64,000 nt of DNA from Mustelus asterias (lineage: Eukaryota), in NCBI RefSeq assembly GCF_964213995.1, contig NW_027590160.1, positions 62,001 to 126,000 on the forward strand, in the 5' to 3' direction. The stretch's first letter is position 1; each line of letters starts with the position of its first letter. Position numbers and translations under genes: made by a program. This document shows positions 22,418 through 35,685 of this stretch, piece by piece. Below the pieces are notes generated by a model that saw only the letters and a list, made by a program, of their open reading frames with translations, did no database searches and had not been told where the DNA came from.

Positions 22418-22800
22418 TCTGCCGGCGTTGGACTGGGGTAAGCACAGTAAGTAATCTCACAACACCAGGTTAAAATCCAACAGGTTTATTTGGTAGCACA
22501 AGCCACAAGCTTTCAGAGTGCTGCCCCTTCATCAGGTGAGTGGGAGTTCTGTTCACAAACAGGGCATATAAAGACACAAACTCAATTTAAGATTATGGTT
22601 GGAATACGAGTCTTTAAACGTAATCAAGTCTTAAAGGTACAGACAATGTGAGTGGAGAGAGGGTTAAGCACAGGTTAAAGAGACGTGTATTGTCTCCAGC
22701 CAGGACAGTTAGTGAGATTTTGCAAGCCCAGGCAAGTCGTGGGGGTTACAGATAGTGTGACATGGACCCAAGATCCCGGTTGAGGCCGTCCTCATGTGTG
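22418..22800 (-). mobile_element. Penelope-like 3' end: GIY-YIG C-terminus plus terminus, with hammerhead at 22504-22538
   Basis: Minus strand THEDGLNRDLGSMSHYL* and CAC-CUGAUGA...GAAA-GCU-U-GUG. Confidence 0.75.
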
Positions 22801-22925
22801 ATTGACAGATCCATGCTCACTGCTTCTTGCTCTGGATGCAGAGAGCTGAAAATTTCCATGCAGGCTGCCAGACAGATAAATGTCTGCATTACTGGAGTAA
22901 AAATGTGTGGAATATACAGACCGAA

Positions 22926-23605
22926 TTCACTTCATTTCCTTCAGTTGCTGCAAGTCCCCAACTTCCCCCAGAATGAGAAAAGAAATGGAAAGGGGGAAAC
23001 ATTGATTTCCTCCCAGATGTTGTCCAGAGGAGGGAGTTTCACTCTGAAGCTCATTGGACAACTTCCGCATTGTGACGTCACAATAGAGTCCTGCCTGAAT
23101 CAGCCAATAGGAATCACTCTGCTTCGCGGTGACGTCTCCGGGTTCCAGTGCTCAGGCCCGGGCGCGCGGACCCAGGAGCCCCGTCCCCACCCATTGTTCC
23201 CCTCCCCTACACCTCCTTGAACCAAGGTTTCCAGGCAACCGGCTGACGGCTCCGGCAAGAGCAAGAAGCCGCTCGGTGATCTCCCCCTCCCCCCGGCCCG
23301 GGACTGCAAAATGTGCGAGGGAGAGGGGAAGCTGCGCATGTGCGGGGGAGAACCCACCCTCTGATCTTCATGCTGAGGTGTTGACCAATGGGAAGAGTTG
23401 GAGGACCGGAAGGACTCTGGTCTTCCAGCCAATCAGAGCGCGGGCTTTGTGTGAATGAAGATTGATTTTCAGACAGACTCAAACTTCCTCCTGTCTCAAA
23501 CATCTGTGAGTAAAACACTTTCTTTTCTCCCCCTTTCCATTTCTTTTCTCATTCTGGGGGGAAACTGGGGACTTGCAGCAACTGAAGGGAAAGGAAGTGA
23601 ATCCA
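22926..23605. promoter_or_regulatory. Promoter cassette flanked by ~75-bp inverted repeats, upstream of locus 5
   Basis: CCAAT boxes, palindrome attgtgacgtcacaat (23069-23084), NRF1-like tgcgcatgtgc and a candidate donor gtgagt at ~23506. Confidence 0.6.
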
Positions 23606-23659
23606 GGGAGGGTGCAGACTCTGGAAAGGTTGGTCCAGGTTTCTCTCTCTCTTAAACCC

Positions 23660-24860
23660 CAGAAAATGATCCATTTCTGCCCACTGTTTGCTATGAGCCA
23701 ATCTTCTATCCACGCCAATATGTTCTCCCCGCAGCATGAATTTTTATTTGCTGCAATAACCTTTCATGTGGCACCTCATCAAATGTCTTCTGGAAATCTA
23801 AGTACAGCGCATCCACCGGTTTCCCTTTATCCAATTCCCGATGGGGAATTTTAGAAAATTGAACAACACATCAACTCTCTCACTCTGTTAAGACCCGAGA
23901 ATGAAGCCCAGCAGGACCTGAGGACTCATCAGCCCACAGCTCCAACAGTTTGCTGAGGACCACTTCCCTGGGAATTGTGCTTTTTCAGAGTTCATCCCAC
24001 ACTTCTGTTTTCTGATTTCCAGCTGTTTCTGAGTTTTAACTGTATCCTCTATTGTGAACACCGAGGCAAAATACTTGTTCAATTCATCTCCCAGCTCCTT
24101 ATTTTTCATTATCAATTCCTGGAATCACTTTCTATTAGACAGTTAAGAAATGAGGTGGAGCAAGTGACTGAAGTGTCAGTCAGGGAGCACTATTGGGAGC
24201 ACCAATAGTTTCAAAATAGTTCTGGAAAAAGATAGGACAGGTCCACAAGTCAAGGCCCTAAACTGGAGCAGGGCCACTTTTGTGGGCATTAGGCAGGATC
24301 GAGCAGATGTCGATTAGGTGAATTTGTTTGAAGGGAAAGGAATGACTGGCAATTGGGAGGTTTTGAAAGTGTGATATCAAGAGTCCAGGGGCAGTATATT
24401 CCTGTTAAGATGCAGGGAAAGAATGGTAAATTTAGGGATCTCTGGCAGACAAGGGACATTGAGGCTCTGGTCAGGTAAAAGAAGGAAGCATAGATTGGGT
24501 TTAGGCAATCGGGGACAAGTGAATCACTCTGACTATAAAAAGTGTAAGAAAATACTGAGGAGGGAAATCAGGAGGACAGAAAGAGGGTATGATATGGATC
24601 TGGCAGGTAAGATTAAAGAAAATTCCAAGAGGTTCTATAGCTATATTAAGAGTAAAAGGGTGGACAGAGAGAGAATAGATCCCCTTAAAAATCAGTATGG
24701 CCATCTGTGTGTGGAGCCACAGGAGATGGGTGAGATTTTTAATGAATACTTCTCCTCTGTGTTTTCTGCGGAGAGCACCATGGGTGCTAAAGAAATAAGG
24801 GAAACAAGTGATGATGTCTTGGGCACACGCATGTTACTTGGGAGGAGGTATCTGCAGCCT
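23660..24860. mobile_element. Old CR1 fragments (minus ~23660-24130, plus ~24140-24860)
   Basis: ELNKYFASVFT on the minus strand; KENSKRFYSYIKSKR..EMGEIFNEYFSSVF on the plus strand. Confidence 0.75.
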
Positions 24861-25484
24861 TATAAAAGCAAATTACTGAGGATGCTGAAATCTGAAACCA
24901 AGAGAGAAAATGATGTTTCTTGTCTAGATGACCCTTTGTCAAAGCTCTGAAACATCAGTTCTTTTCTCTCCATACAGATGCTGCCAGACCTGCTGAGAAT
25001 GGGGAGAGAGTGTGTGGGATGGAGATTGACAGCTTTTGGGGAATGAGAGAGGAAAGAATGTTCCATAGAAATTGTCTGTTCTGAATTCCTATCCTGTACT
25101 GACACTGATGACTTTTGTAAACTCATTTTCCAGGATATTGAAAGAGGAATCACAGGCTGAAATCTCAAACGTCACGTCGAGACGTGACAGAGTCATATTC
25201 CTTGGGAGCTGAATATCATCGGACTTTCAATCCAGAAGGAGAAATGATTGTCCAGTCTGTCGATTTGAAAAGATTTGAAATGTCAGTGTGACTGAAAAAG
25301 CATCAACACACTGCCACACTTGAGTGAGAGTGTTCCAATGCACTGACTAAAGAGCTTTAACCAGTTACACAGTCTGAATAAATATCACACCATTCACAGC
25401 GGGTAGAGACTGTAATCTTGTTCTGTGTGTGGACGAAGTTTCAACTAATTGTCCACTCAAGAGAGAGGCAAGGACACCTGCATC

Positions 25485-26495
25485 ATGGAGAAACCATGGA
25501 AATGTGCGGATTGTGGGAAGAGATACAGAGCCCCATCTAAGCTGGAAGTTCATCGGCGCAACCACACTGGGGAGAGGCCATTCACCTGCTCTCAGTGTGG
25601 GAAGGGATTCACTCGGTTATCCCTCCTGCAGAGACACCAGCGAGTTCACACTGGAGAGAGGCCATTTACCTGCTCTCAATGTGGGAAGGGATTCAGTCAG
25701 TTATCCGACCTCCAGAGACACCAGCGAGTTCACACTGGGGAGAGACCGTTCACCTGCTCTCAGTGTAGGAAGGGATTCACTCAGTTATCCAGCCTGCAGA
25801 CACACGAACGCGTTCACACTGGGGAGAGACCGTTCACCTGCTCTCAGTGTGGGAAGGGATTCACTCAGTTATCCACCCTGCGGACACACGAACAAGTTCA
25901 CACTGGGGAGAAACCATTCACCTGCTCTCAGTGTGGGAAGGGATTCACTCGGTCATCCCTCCTGCAGAGACACCAGCGAGTTCACACTGGGGAGAGGCCA
26001 TTCAACTGTTCTCAGTGTGGGAAGGGATTCACGAACTCATCCACCCTGCGGACACACGAACGAGTTCACATTGGGGAGAGACCGTTCACCTGCTCTCAGT
26101 GTGGGCAAGAATTCACTCTGTCAACCGACCTGCAGAGACACCAGTGCCGTCACACAGGGGAGAGGCCGTTCACCTGCTCTCAGTGTGGGAAGGGATTCAT
26201 TCTGTTATCCAGCCTGCGGAGACACCAGCGAGTTCACACTGGGGAGAAACCATTCATCTGCTCTGAGTGTGGGAAGGGATTCACTAACTCATCTGACCTG
26301 CAGACACACCAGCGAGTTCACACAGGGGAGAGGCCGTTCACCTGCTCTCAGTGTGGGGAGGGATTCACTCAGTCATCCAACTTGCAGAGACACCAGCGCA
26401 TTCACACTGGGGAGAGACCATTCACCTGCTCTCAGTGTGGGAAGGGATTCAGAGTTTCATCCCACCTGCTGAGACACCAAGAAGTTCACGAGTGA
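25485..26495 (+). CDS. C2H2 ZNF locus 5, 12 fingers, intact and highly homogeneous
   Basis: MEKPWKC start, 336 aa = 12x28, near-identical [16 protein letters not shown] scaffolds. Acceptor ttttccag at ~25132. Confidence 0.9.
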   Translation: MEKPWKCADCGKRYRAPSKLEVHRRNHTGERPFTCSQCGKGFTRLSLLQRHQRVHTGERPFTCSQCGKGFSQLSDLQRHQRVHTGERPFTCSQCRKGFTQLSSLQTHERVHTGERPFTCSQCGKGFTQLSTLRTHEQVHTGEKPFTCSQCGKGFTRSSLLQRHQRVHTGERPFNCSQCGKGFTNSSTLRTHERVHIGERPFTCSQCGQEFTLSTDLQRHQCRHTGERPFTCSQCGKGFILLSSLRRHQRVHTGEKPFICSECGKGFTNSSDLQTHQRVHTGERPFTCSQCGEGFTQSSNLQRHQRIHTGERPFTCSQCGKGFRVSSHLLRHQEVHE

Positions 26496-26721
26496 TTCCA
26501 GGGGTTGGATTCTGCTGTTATTGTTTCTGCTCTCAATTACATCCAGGACTGCATTTTGTTTGTTCTCACAGTTGGTCAATGGGGAGGGTCGGGGGGTTTC
26601 TTTCTGCTGGACTGGCCGGTCTCATGACTTTGCCTCCAGTGGGCTGATGCTCTTTGAGTAATGTTGCAAATACCTGGTTTCAGATTTCACAAGGATCACA
26701 GAGTGACAGGGTGTTAGGAAG

Positions 26722-26995
26722 TTATAGAGGTTTACAACATGGAAACAGGCCCTTCGGCCCAACTTGTCCATGCCGCTCAGTTTTTACCACTAAGCAAGTC
26801 CCAATTGCCCGTATTTGGCCCATATCCCTCTGTACCCATCTTACCATGTAACTGTCTAAATGCTTTTTAAAAGACAGAATTGCACCCACCTCTACCACTG
26901 CCTCTGGCAACTCATTCCAGACACTCACCACGACCTGAGTGAAAAACTGCCCCTCTGGACCCTTTTGTATCTCTCTCCTCTCACTTTAAACCTAA
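26722..26995 (-). mobile_element. CR1 3' end
   Basis: VVSVWNELPE..SFKKHLDSYM and the 3' UTR. Confidence 0.8.
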
Positions 26996-27591
26996 AACTA
27001 AGAACAAGAAATGTATCGATAAAATGATTAGAGAACAGAGCCAACATTTTGAGTCTGAATGATGCTTCATAAGAGCTGTTATGAAGGGTCATCCATTATC
27101 GAAACTTTGGCTCCATTCTTCACAGATGCTGTCAGACCCGCTGAGATTTTCCAGCATTTTCTGTTTTTGTTTCAGATTCCAGCATCCGCAGTATTTTACT
27201 TATCTGATAATTTGATTTGGTCTGAGTGGAATCCCCACGACCCTCCCGCAAAACAGAGGGAGTGGTGGCAAAGGGAGAAAAAGGATAAGGATGATAAAGT
27301 CTGGGTTCTGATTCTCCGAGCCCATGTAGAATCAACAAAACCAGTGAACCAGTCTATAAAGAACGGAAGTTACCTATCCCTAACAAAAACTGATCAAATA
27401 AAAATAATTAGGTTGAGGAAGAGAACAAAAGAATTAATAGATTAAGTTTAAAATCAACTTTATTTTGTTGTTGGACAAGTTTTTAAAAATTATGTAAAGT
27501 GATGTAATTGTGTGCCAAGTGTTTTCTGCTCACTCCCCACCCCTTTAGATTCTGTAGAAAAGTTAACCCTTTCAGCAGACAGTTCATTTAG

Positions 27592-30530
27592 TGATAGAGG
27601 TTTCCAGCTTGGAAACGGGCCCTTCTGCCCAACTTGTCCATGCCGCCCCTTTTTTAACCCCTGTGCTAGTCCCAATTGCCCACGTTTGGCCCATATCCCT
27701 CGACACCCATCTTACCCATGTAACTGTCTAAACGCTTTTTAAAAGACAAAATTGTACCCGCCTCTACTACTAGCTCTGGCACCTTTTTTCAGACACTCAC
27801 CACCCTCTGTGTGAAACAAATGCCCCTCTGGATCCTTCTGTGTCTCTCCCCTCTCACCTTAAACCTATGCCCTCTAGTTTTAGACTCCCCTACCTTTGGG
27901 AAAAGATGTTGACTATCTCGCTGATCTATGCCCCTCATTATTTTATAGACCTCTATAAGATCACTACAAAGCCTCCTACATTCCAGGGAAAAAAGTCCCA
28001 GTCTATCCAGCCTCTCTTTATAACTCAAACCACCAAGTCCCGGTAGCATCCCAGTAAATCTTTTCTGCACTCTTTCTGGTTTAATAATATGCTTTCTATA
28101 ATAGGGTGACCAGAACTGTACACAGTATTCCAAATGTGGCCTTACCAATGTCTTGTACAACTTCAACAAGACGTCCCAACTCCTGTATTCAATGTTCTGA
28201 CCAACATGCAGAATGTCTTCTTCACCACTCTGTCCACCTGCAACTCCATTTTCAAGGAGCTATGAACCTGTACCCCTAGATCTCTGTTCTGTAACTCTCC
28301 CCAACACACTACCATTAACTGAGTAAGTCCTGCCCTGATTCGATCGCCCAAAATGTATCACCTCGCATTTATCTGAATTAAACTCCATCTGCCATTTGTC
28401 AGTCCACTGGCCCCTCATTATTTTATAGACCTCTATAAGTTCACCCCTCAGCCTCCTACATTCCAGGGAAAAAAGTCCCAGTCTATCCAGCCTCTCTTTA
28501 TAACTCAAACCACCAAGTCCCGGTAGCATCCGAGTAAATCTTTTCTGCACTCTTTCCAGTTTAATAATATGCTTTCTATAATAGGGTGACCAGAACTGTA
28601 CACAGTATTCCAAGTGTGGCCTTACCTATGTCTTGTACAACTTCAACAAGACGTCCCAACAAGATCATGCTACAATCCTAGATAACCTTCTTCACTGTCC
28701 ACGATACCACCAACCTTGGTGTCATCTGAAAACTTACTAACCATGCCTCCTACATTCTCATCCAAATCATTAATATAAATGACAAATAACAGTGGACCCA
28801 GCACCGATCCTTGAGGCACACCGCTGGTCACAGGCTCCAGTTTGAAAAACAACCTTCTACAACCACCCTCTGTCTTCTGTCATCAAGCCAGTTTTGTATC
28901 CATTTGGCAAACTCACCCTGGATTCCATTAGATTTAACCTTAAGCAACAATCTACCATGCGGTACCTTGTCAAAGGCCTTGCTAAAGTCCATGTAGACAG
29001 CATCACCTGTACTGCCCTCATCTACCTTCTTGGTTACCCCTTCAAAAAACTCAATCAAATTTGTGAGACATGATTTTCCACTCACAAAGCCATGCTGACC
29101 GTCCCTAATCAGTCCCTGCATCTCTAAATGCCTGTAGATCCTGTCTCTCAAATACCTTCTGACAACTTACAGATGTGAATCACACCGGCCTGTAGTTCCC
29201 AGGCTTTTCCCTGCAGCCCTTTTTAAACAAAGGCTCAACATTTGCCACCCTCCAATCTTCAGGCACCTCACCTGTGACTATCAATGATTCAAATATCTCT
29301 GCTCGGAGACCCGCAATTTCCTCTCTAGCCTCCCACAGTGTTCTGGGATACACTTCATCAGGTCCCGGGGATTTATCTACCTTGATGCGCTTTATGACTT
29401 CCAGCACCTCCTTCTCTGTTATAAGTACACTCCTCAAGACATCACTTTATTTCCCCAAGTTCCCTAACATCCATGCTTTTCTCAACAATAAATAATGATG
29501 AAAAATATTAATTTATGATCTCACCCATCTCTTGTGGATCGGCACATAGATGTCCTTGTTGATCCTTAAGAGGCCCTACTCTCTCCCGAGTTACTCTTTG
29601 GCCCTTTATGTATTTATAGAACCTCTTTGGATTCTCCTTTGCCTCATCTGCCAAAACAATCTCGTGTCCCCTTTTTGTCCTCCTGATTTCTCTCTTAATT
29701 CTACTCCTACACCCTCTATACTCTTCAAGGGATCCACTTGATCCCAGCTGCCTATGCATGTCATGTGCCTCCTTCTTCTTCTTGACCAGGGCCTCAATAT
29801 CTTGAGTCATCCAGGGTTGTCGACTTCTACCAGCCTTGCCCATCACTCTAAGAGCAATGTGCTTACACTGAACCCTGGTTAAAACACTTTTGAAAGCCTC
29901 CCACTTACCAGACGTCCCTTTGCCTTCCCACAGACTCTCCCAGTTAACTGTCGAAAGTTCCTGCCTGATACCATCAACATTGGCCTTGCCCTAATTTAGA
30001 ATTTTAACTTTTGGACCTGACCAATCATTTTCCATAGGTATCTTAAAACTGATGGAATTATGGTCACTGGTCCCAAAGTGATCCCTCACGAACACTTTTG
30101 TCACCTGCCCTTCCTTATTTCCCAAGAGGAGGTCAGGTTTTGCCCCTCTCTAGTCGGGCCATCCACATACTGAATAAAAAATTCCTCCTGAATACACTCA
30201 ACAAATTTCTCCCCATCCAAGCCTCGAATACTATGTCTGTCCCAGTCAATGTTGGGAAAGTTAAAATCCCCGACTATTACCACCCTATTTTTCTTGGAAC
30301 TATCTGTAATCTCCTTACATATTTGCTCCTCAATTTTCCACCGACTATTTGGGGGCCTATAGTACAACCCTATCAAAGTGATTTCCCCCTTCTTCTTTCT
30401 CAGTTCACCGCTTTTGACTCAGTAGGCGAACCCTCGGATATATCCCCTCTCAGTACTGCCGTGATGTTTTCCTGAATCAAAAGTGCAACTCCCCCTCCTT
30501 TCTTTCCTCCTGTTCTGTCTTTCCTCTGGC
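27592..30530 (-). mobile_element. CR1 LINE, most of ORF2, degenerate and internally rearranged
   Basis: APE (YRPPNS, GDFNFP) at ~30100-30500 and RT (DFSKAFD, GVPQGS, FSDD) at ~28670-29440. Absent from the duplicate at ~49157. Confidence 0.9.
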
Positions 30531-31984
30531 ATCTTGTTTTTAACTTGTTTTTAAATCGCCCAGAAACTCGTGTCTATTTTAGTTTATAATTGTGGATTTA
30601 TTGGAGCCAGTTAAATGTGGAAATTTTAAGCGTAGCCTGGAGGAATTTGGAATAACTATGAGAATTTTATTGTGTTGTCACCTCAACCCCAGATAAAGAA
30701 CAAAGAGTTTGCAGGTGGTAACGTGTTTGGGATTTTAAATCAACAAAGATTAGATGTTGCCGATAAAATCAGGCCTTGGAAGTTGGCTGAAAAAGGGTTA
30801 AGTTACAATGAAGGATCTTGCATCTTATTTTAATCAAGGAGTTGTGAGTTTGTAGTGCTCTGTCGCTTTAAGAAGCTACAGCTGCGAGAGAGAATGCTGA
30901 GGATTCATTGTTTGAAATTTACGAGCTGTGAGAATCTGTGTGTTTTGTTTGTTTTATGTGGATGTTTGTAGATGTGTTTTATCATTGTTTTGGGCTACAT
31001 TTGTTAAGGTTTATCTTTCTGGGGAATTAACCTTACCTTGAGTCTTTAATTAAAGGCATTTTTGGGAGTTTAAAAACAGGATCACAAGAACGCTTAAGTA
31101 ATTAATTTTGGTTATTGTTGTTGTAAAGCACATGCTAAGTTTCTCTGTTTGTGTATGGATGATATTTGTGGGTTGAACGCTTTAAGCTTTGAGGTTTTCT
31201 GTCTGTGATTTAAATCAAACAGATTTTTAAAAAGGAAGTGTAATTAATAAAGCTTTTTTTTCAAAAGTTATGAACTTGGAGCCATATTTACTGGACAGAG
31301 ACAGGATTCCAGGATATTTCACTAAACATGCGGGAATTTTAATCCGGATACAATTCACTCATGAGAATGAGTTTTAATTTGTAATGGTTATTTAAAATTT
31401 GGGACATGTGAAATGATTCTGACCAATCCTGTGTTGGATTGATCTTGGGTTAAACTTCCTGTCAGGTCCAAAGACACAATTAACACAATGAAAAGGAAAA
31501 TTCTGGAATTGGATACTGAAGAAAAGAGTTTAAAAGGAGAGATTATTAAATAGAAATGATTCCCAGACCGTGTGGTCGTTAGGTTGGAACAAAGGAAGAG
31601 TGCTGACATCCATTTGAAAACTTTTAATCCACCCCTTTTCAAACTCAGTCTATGTACAAAGAAAACCCCAAGGATGGTAGATAAGGGGTTCTGGAAAACA
31701 TCATGATGGGGGCACCTATCTGTTCATGAGATGATCACAAAGCCCCATGATGTCCAAATACTAATTTCATTGGACCTTTCTGTAATGTATGTAATCTATC
31801 ACCATTCTGATTGGATTGTGTCCAGCCAGGATGGGTTGAGTAACTGGATAAGAATTGATTATTTTCTTTGTTGGGTGGAGTTGCACATGGTCAGCCCCTG
31901 TGGCTTCTCCCCGCTGGCGTAACTCAATAAACTATTTGTTGAATCAGGTTTAAGTGTTGAATGATTCTTCTGAGTTCATTCACC

Positions 31985-32146
31985 CCAACACACTGGGTAC
32001 ATTACCACTTCATCCTCGGGAGTGGCCTGATAGGCCGTGGTCCAGACTACATGTGGCCTTTGGGGGGCCTTTCATGAATCACATGTGTTTGCTTGTTGTA
32101 GATGCGCATTCAAAATGCTTGGAAGCACAGATCATGAGTAATATTA
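31985..32146 (+). mobile_element. Gypsy-type integrase fragment
   Basis: PLHPREWPDRPWSRLHVAFGGPFMNHMCLLVVDAHSK. Confidence 0.75.
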
Positions 32147-32821
32147 CAGGGCAATTAGGACTAGCTTAGTGGTAAAAACTGGGCGGCATGGACAAGTTGG
32201 GCCGAAGGGCCTGTTTTGATGCTGTAAACCTCTATGACTCTAACTACCTTTTTTGTGGCCTGAAGTTCCCACAATTGGAAAGCAGCCAGATTAGTTAAAT
32301 AGACAGCATTAATTGTAAGACAATTAAATAATAAATGATTCATTAATATATATGTTATGAAGGCTGGAAATGTAAATTTGAACACAAGTTTATAACTTTT
32401 AGAATTATAAACACATTAAGAATGGTTAAAATGCTGTGGGAATTATCAGATGTTCCCTTCTCATGCTGACAGAATAAAGAAAGATGAAAGGACTTGTTAA
32501 CCTTGACTGGAGGGAATGAATCGGCTCCTGTTCAAGATGTCTCAACATTGAATGACTGATGTGAACCAATTATTGGTTGACACTCAGGCTACCCCAAGCT
32601 AAGAGATATCGTTTGAGAGAAAGAATTGTCTTAAAATTAAGACAACGTGTGCAATTAGCTAAAAACCAAATCAATGTCATTATTGACAAGTTATCGACCA
32701 ATTGGCTAATTCCCAACAATTAGCTGAGGATGGCTTTCTACATTTTGAAAGTATAAAAAGGGGGATTCGAGAAACCAATTTGGTAGAAGTTTTTAAAAGT
32801 TAACTTTGTTTATAGTTTGTT

Positions 32822-33750
32822 TATTAGTGTCACACATAGGCTTACATTAACATTGCAATGAAGTTACTCTGAAAATACCCCAGTCGCCACAATCTGGCGC
32901 CTGTTTGAGTAAACTGAGGGAGAATTTCGCATGGCCAATGTACCCAACCAGCACGTCTTTTTGACTGTGGGAGGAAACTGGAGCACCCGGAGGAAACCTG
33001 CACTTTACTGTTCAAAAATCTATCTATCCTTGCCTTAAAAACATTCAATGAGGCAGCCTCAACTGCTTCACTGGGCAGGGAATTCCACAGATTCACAACC
33101 CTTTCTGTGAAGAAGTTCCTCCTCAACTCAGTCCTAAATCTGCTTCCCTTATTTTGAGGCTGTGTCTCCTAGTTGTAGGTTAGGGGGATGAGCAGGGTAA
33201 ATACTTGGGGTTATGGGACAGGTCTGGATGGGATTGCCCTGTGTGTCAGGGGGATTATATGAGGTTACAAGGATAAGGCCTGCGTGGGATTGTTATCAGT
33301 GCAGACCTGATGGGCCAAATGGCCTCCTTCTGCACTGAAAGGATTCTATGATTTCAGAGAATTGTGAAATTGGAGATTACTGAGATAGGGAGGGATAAGG
33401 TCATGGAGGAATTTGAAAATAAGGATGTGAATTTTAAAATTGAAACATGACTTGACTTAAAGCCGATGTAGGCTTTATGGATGAATAGGATTTGGATGAA
33501 TAGGATTTGGATGAATAGGATTTGGTGTGAGAAAGCAGACGGGCGGCAGAGTTTTGGATGATCTCACATTTCTATGTGGGGAGTGGGGTGAATGTGAGAG
33601 GCTGCTCAGAAATATATTGGAATCATCAAGACTAAAGGTTACAGATGGAGTGGGGTGGAGACTGTGGACATTTTGGAGATTGAAATATTTGGTATCAGTG
33701 ATGGTGTGGATATGTGGTCAGAAACTCATCCTGTTGTTAAATCTGACAGC
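32822..33750. mobile_element. Mosaic of V-SINE (-), CR1 3' (-), SINE tail (+) and older LINE fragments
   Basis: V-domain at ~32965-33000, RRNFFTERVVNLWNSLP at 33005-33170, SINE tail to ~33352. Confidence 0.6.
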
Positions 33751-34291
33751 AAGGCCTGAATTTTTCATCCGTTGGGCACACTCACATGGGAGTGCCTGGA
33801 AGTGGGTGTAATCAGCCCTGGAAATCGGCCCCGGAAAGTGATCTCATGCTGGCTGGCTGATTAACGGGCAGTCAGTGTGAAACGTGCACTGGGAAAGGCT
33901 CAGTGCTGCCGGGTAGGGAGGGAGGGAAGGGGACGGGCACTGAGGAAAGCGAGGGTGCTGTTGGCATTTCCAATACGCTCCCTCAGGGGGACAGCTGCTG
34001 CGGAGCCTGTCTCTCAGCTACTGACCTGTAAAAAATAAACTGCAATGGAGCTCCTCACACTTGTTGGGGGTGAGGATGGCAGAGACGGGGAGAGGGAGAA
34101 CCTTTCAAAAGGAATTAACTTCTGTTAGTGATGTTAAAAAGACACTACACACTGTGTTTAACACAAAGCTGATTTATTTGTCTCTTATCCAGAATATTTA
34201 CACCTGGTGTTTATTAATATCAGCAGGACCAGACTCCAGTGAATAATCTTCAGACCTGCAGGTGATTAACAGCAAAACCCAATCACTATAG

Positions 34292-35245
34292 TTACTTGTG
34301 ACCTTGCTGGTGTCTCAGCAGATGGGATGACTGAGTGAATCCCCTCCCACACGCAGAGCAGGAGAACGGTTTCTCCCCGGTGTGAATGCGCCGGTGTTTC
34401 AGCAGATTGGATGAATCACTGAATCCCTTCCCACACTCAGAGCAGCTGAGCGGCCTCTCCCCAGTGTGAATTCTCTGGTGTACAGTGAGCTGAGATGATT
34501 TCCTGAACCCAGTTCCACAGTGAGAGCATCTGAACGGTCTCTCGTCAGTGTGAATACGTTGATGGGTCACCAGTTCCCCAGAACTTTTAAAGCACTTCCC
34601 ACAATCCAGGCATTTAAATAGTCTCGCGTCAGAGTGAACCCGTTGATGGGATGTCAGTTCCACAGAACTTTTAAAGCACTTCTCACAGTTCAGGCATTTA
34701 AAAGGTCTCTCATCAGTGTGAACTCGCAGATGTTTCAGTAGGTGAGATGACTGAGTGAATCCCTTCCCACACACAGGGCAGGTAAATGGTTTCTCTCCAG
34801 TGTGGATTCGCTGGTGTTTCAGCAGCTCAGATAACTGAATGAATCCATTCCCACAATCGGAGCAGGTAAATGATCTCTCTCCAGTGTGAATTCGCTGATG
34901 TGTCATCAGGTTGGCTGACTGAGTGAATCCCTTCCCACACTGAGGGCAGGTGAATGGTCTCTCCCCATTGTGATCTCACTGGTGTTTTAGCAGACTGGAT
35001 GACTGAGTGAATCCCTTCCCACACTGAGGGCAGGTGAATGGTCTCTCCCCAATGTGACTGCGTCGATGAGTTTCCAGGTCAGATGGATAACTAAACGCTT
35101 TCCCACAATCCCCACATTTCCACAGCTTCTCCCCAGTGTGACTGTGCTTGTGTCTCGACAGGCCAGATGATCGACTGAAGCCTCGTCCACACACACAACA
35201 CGTGTATGGTTTCTCCTCACTGTGAACAGTGCTTTTTCCTTCCAT
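34292..35245 (-). pseudogene. C2H2 ZNF locus 6, 11 finger units with one premature stop; paralog of locus 3
   Basis: ORFs 34976-35245 and 34292-34906 are in frame, separated by TGA at the HQR Arg position. MEGK start and flanks resemble locus 3. Confidence 0.8.
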
Positions 35246-35685
35246 GTTTAATATTAAATGATATTCAAGTTACGATAAATGATACACCTCTGTCAGCTCC
35301 TGGTGTGATGTTTGGTTTCAGTTTCCTGACTGTAAATCCTCCTCTTCTAAAACCCTGTGAAATTGATTTAAAACAAAAAAACAGGAGTGAGAGAGAACCC
35401 ACAAAAACACAAAGGCAGCTTGTGAAATTGAGCTGAATGAATCTGGTCATTTGTCTGATACTAATGAACAGTGCTGGATTATCATAAAAACCCAACTGAT
35501 TCACTAATGTCCATCAGGGAAAGGAACCTACCACCCAGTCTGGGTCTGTACAGACTCAGGCCTCTACTTAAGGAGAGTACAAGACAGTGGGAGAGAATGG
35601 GGAGTAATGCAAGAGGTGAGGTTGTGGGGGGATGGGGGAGGCGCTGGTGATGGCAGGAGGAGAGGGATTTTACACATCTATAACT

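Noticed and set aside
25429-26472. 347-aa alternative-frame ORF ([19 protein letters not shown] repeats) over locus 5, and similar ORFs over other ZNFs
   Set aside because: Shadow frame of the homogeneous 84-bp finger repeat; non-ATG start and no independent coding evidence.
30540-32800. Possible LTR/ERV remnants with TATA-like gtataaaa (also 49215-49560 and 57900-58650)
   Set aside because: Could not define termini, PBS or TSDs by eye; only the Gypsy integrase fragment is supported.
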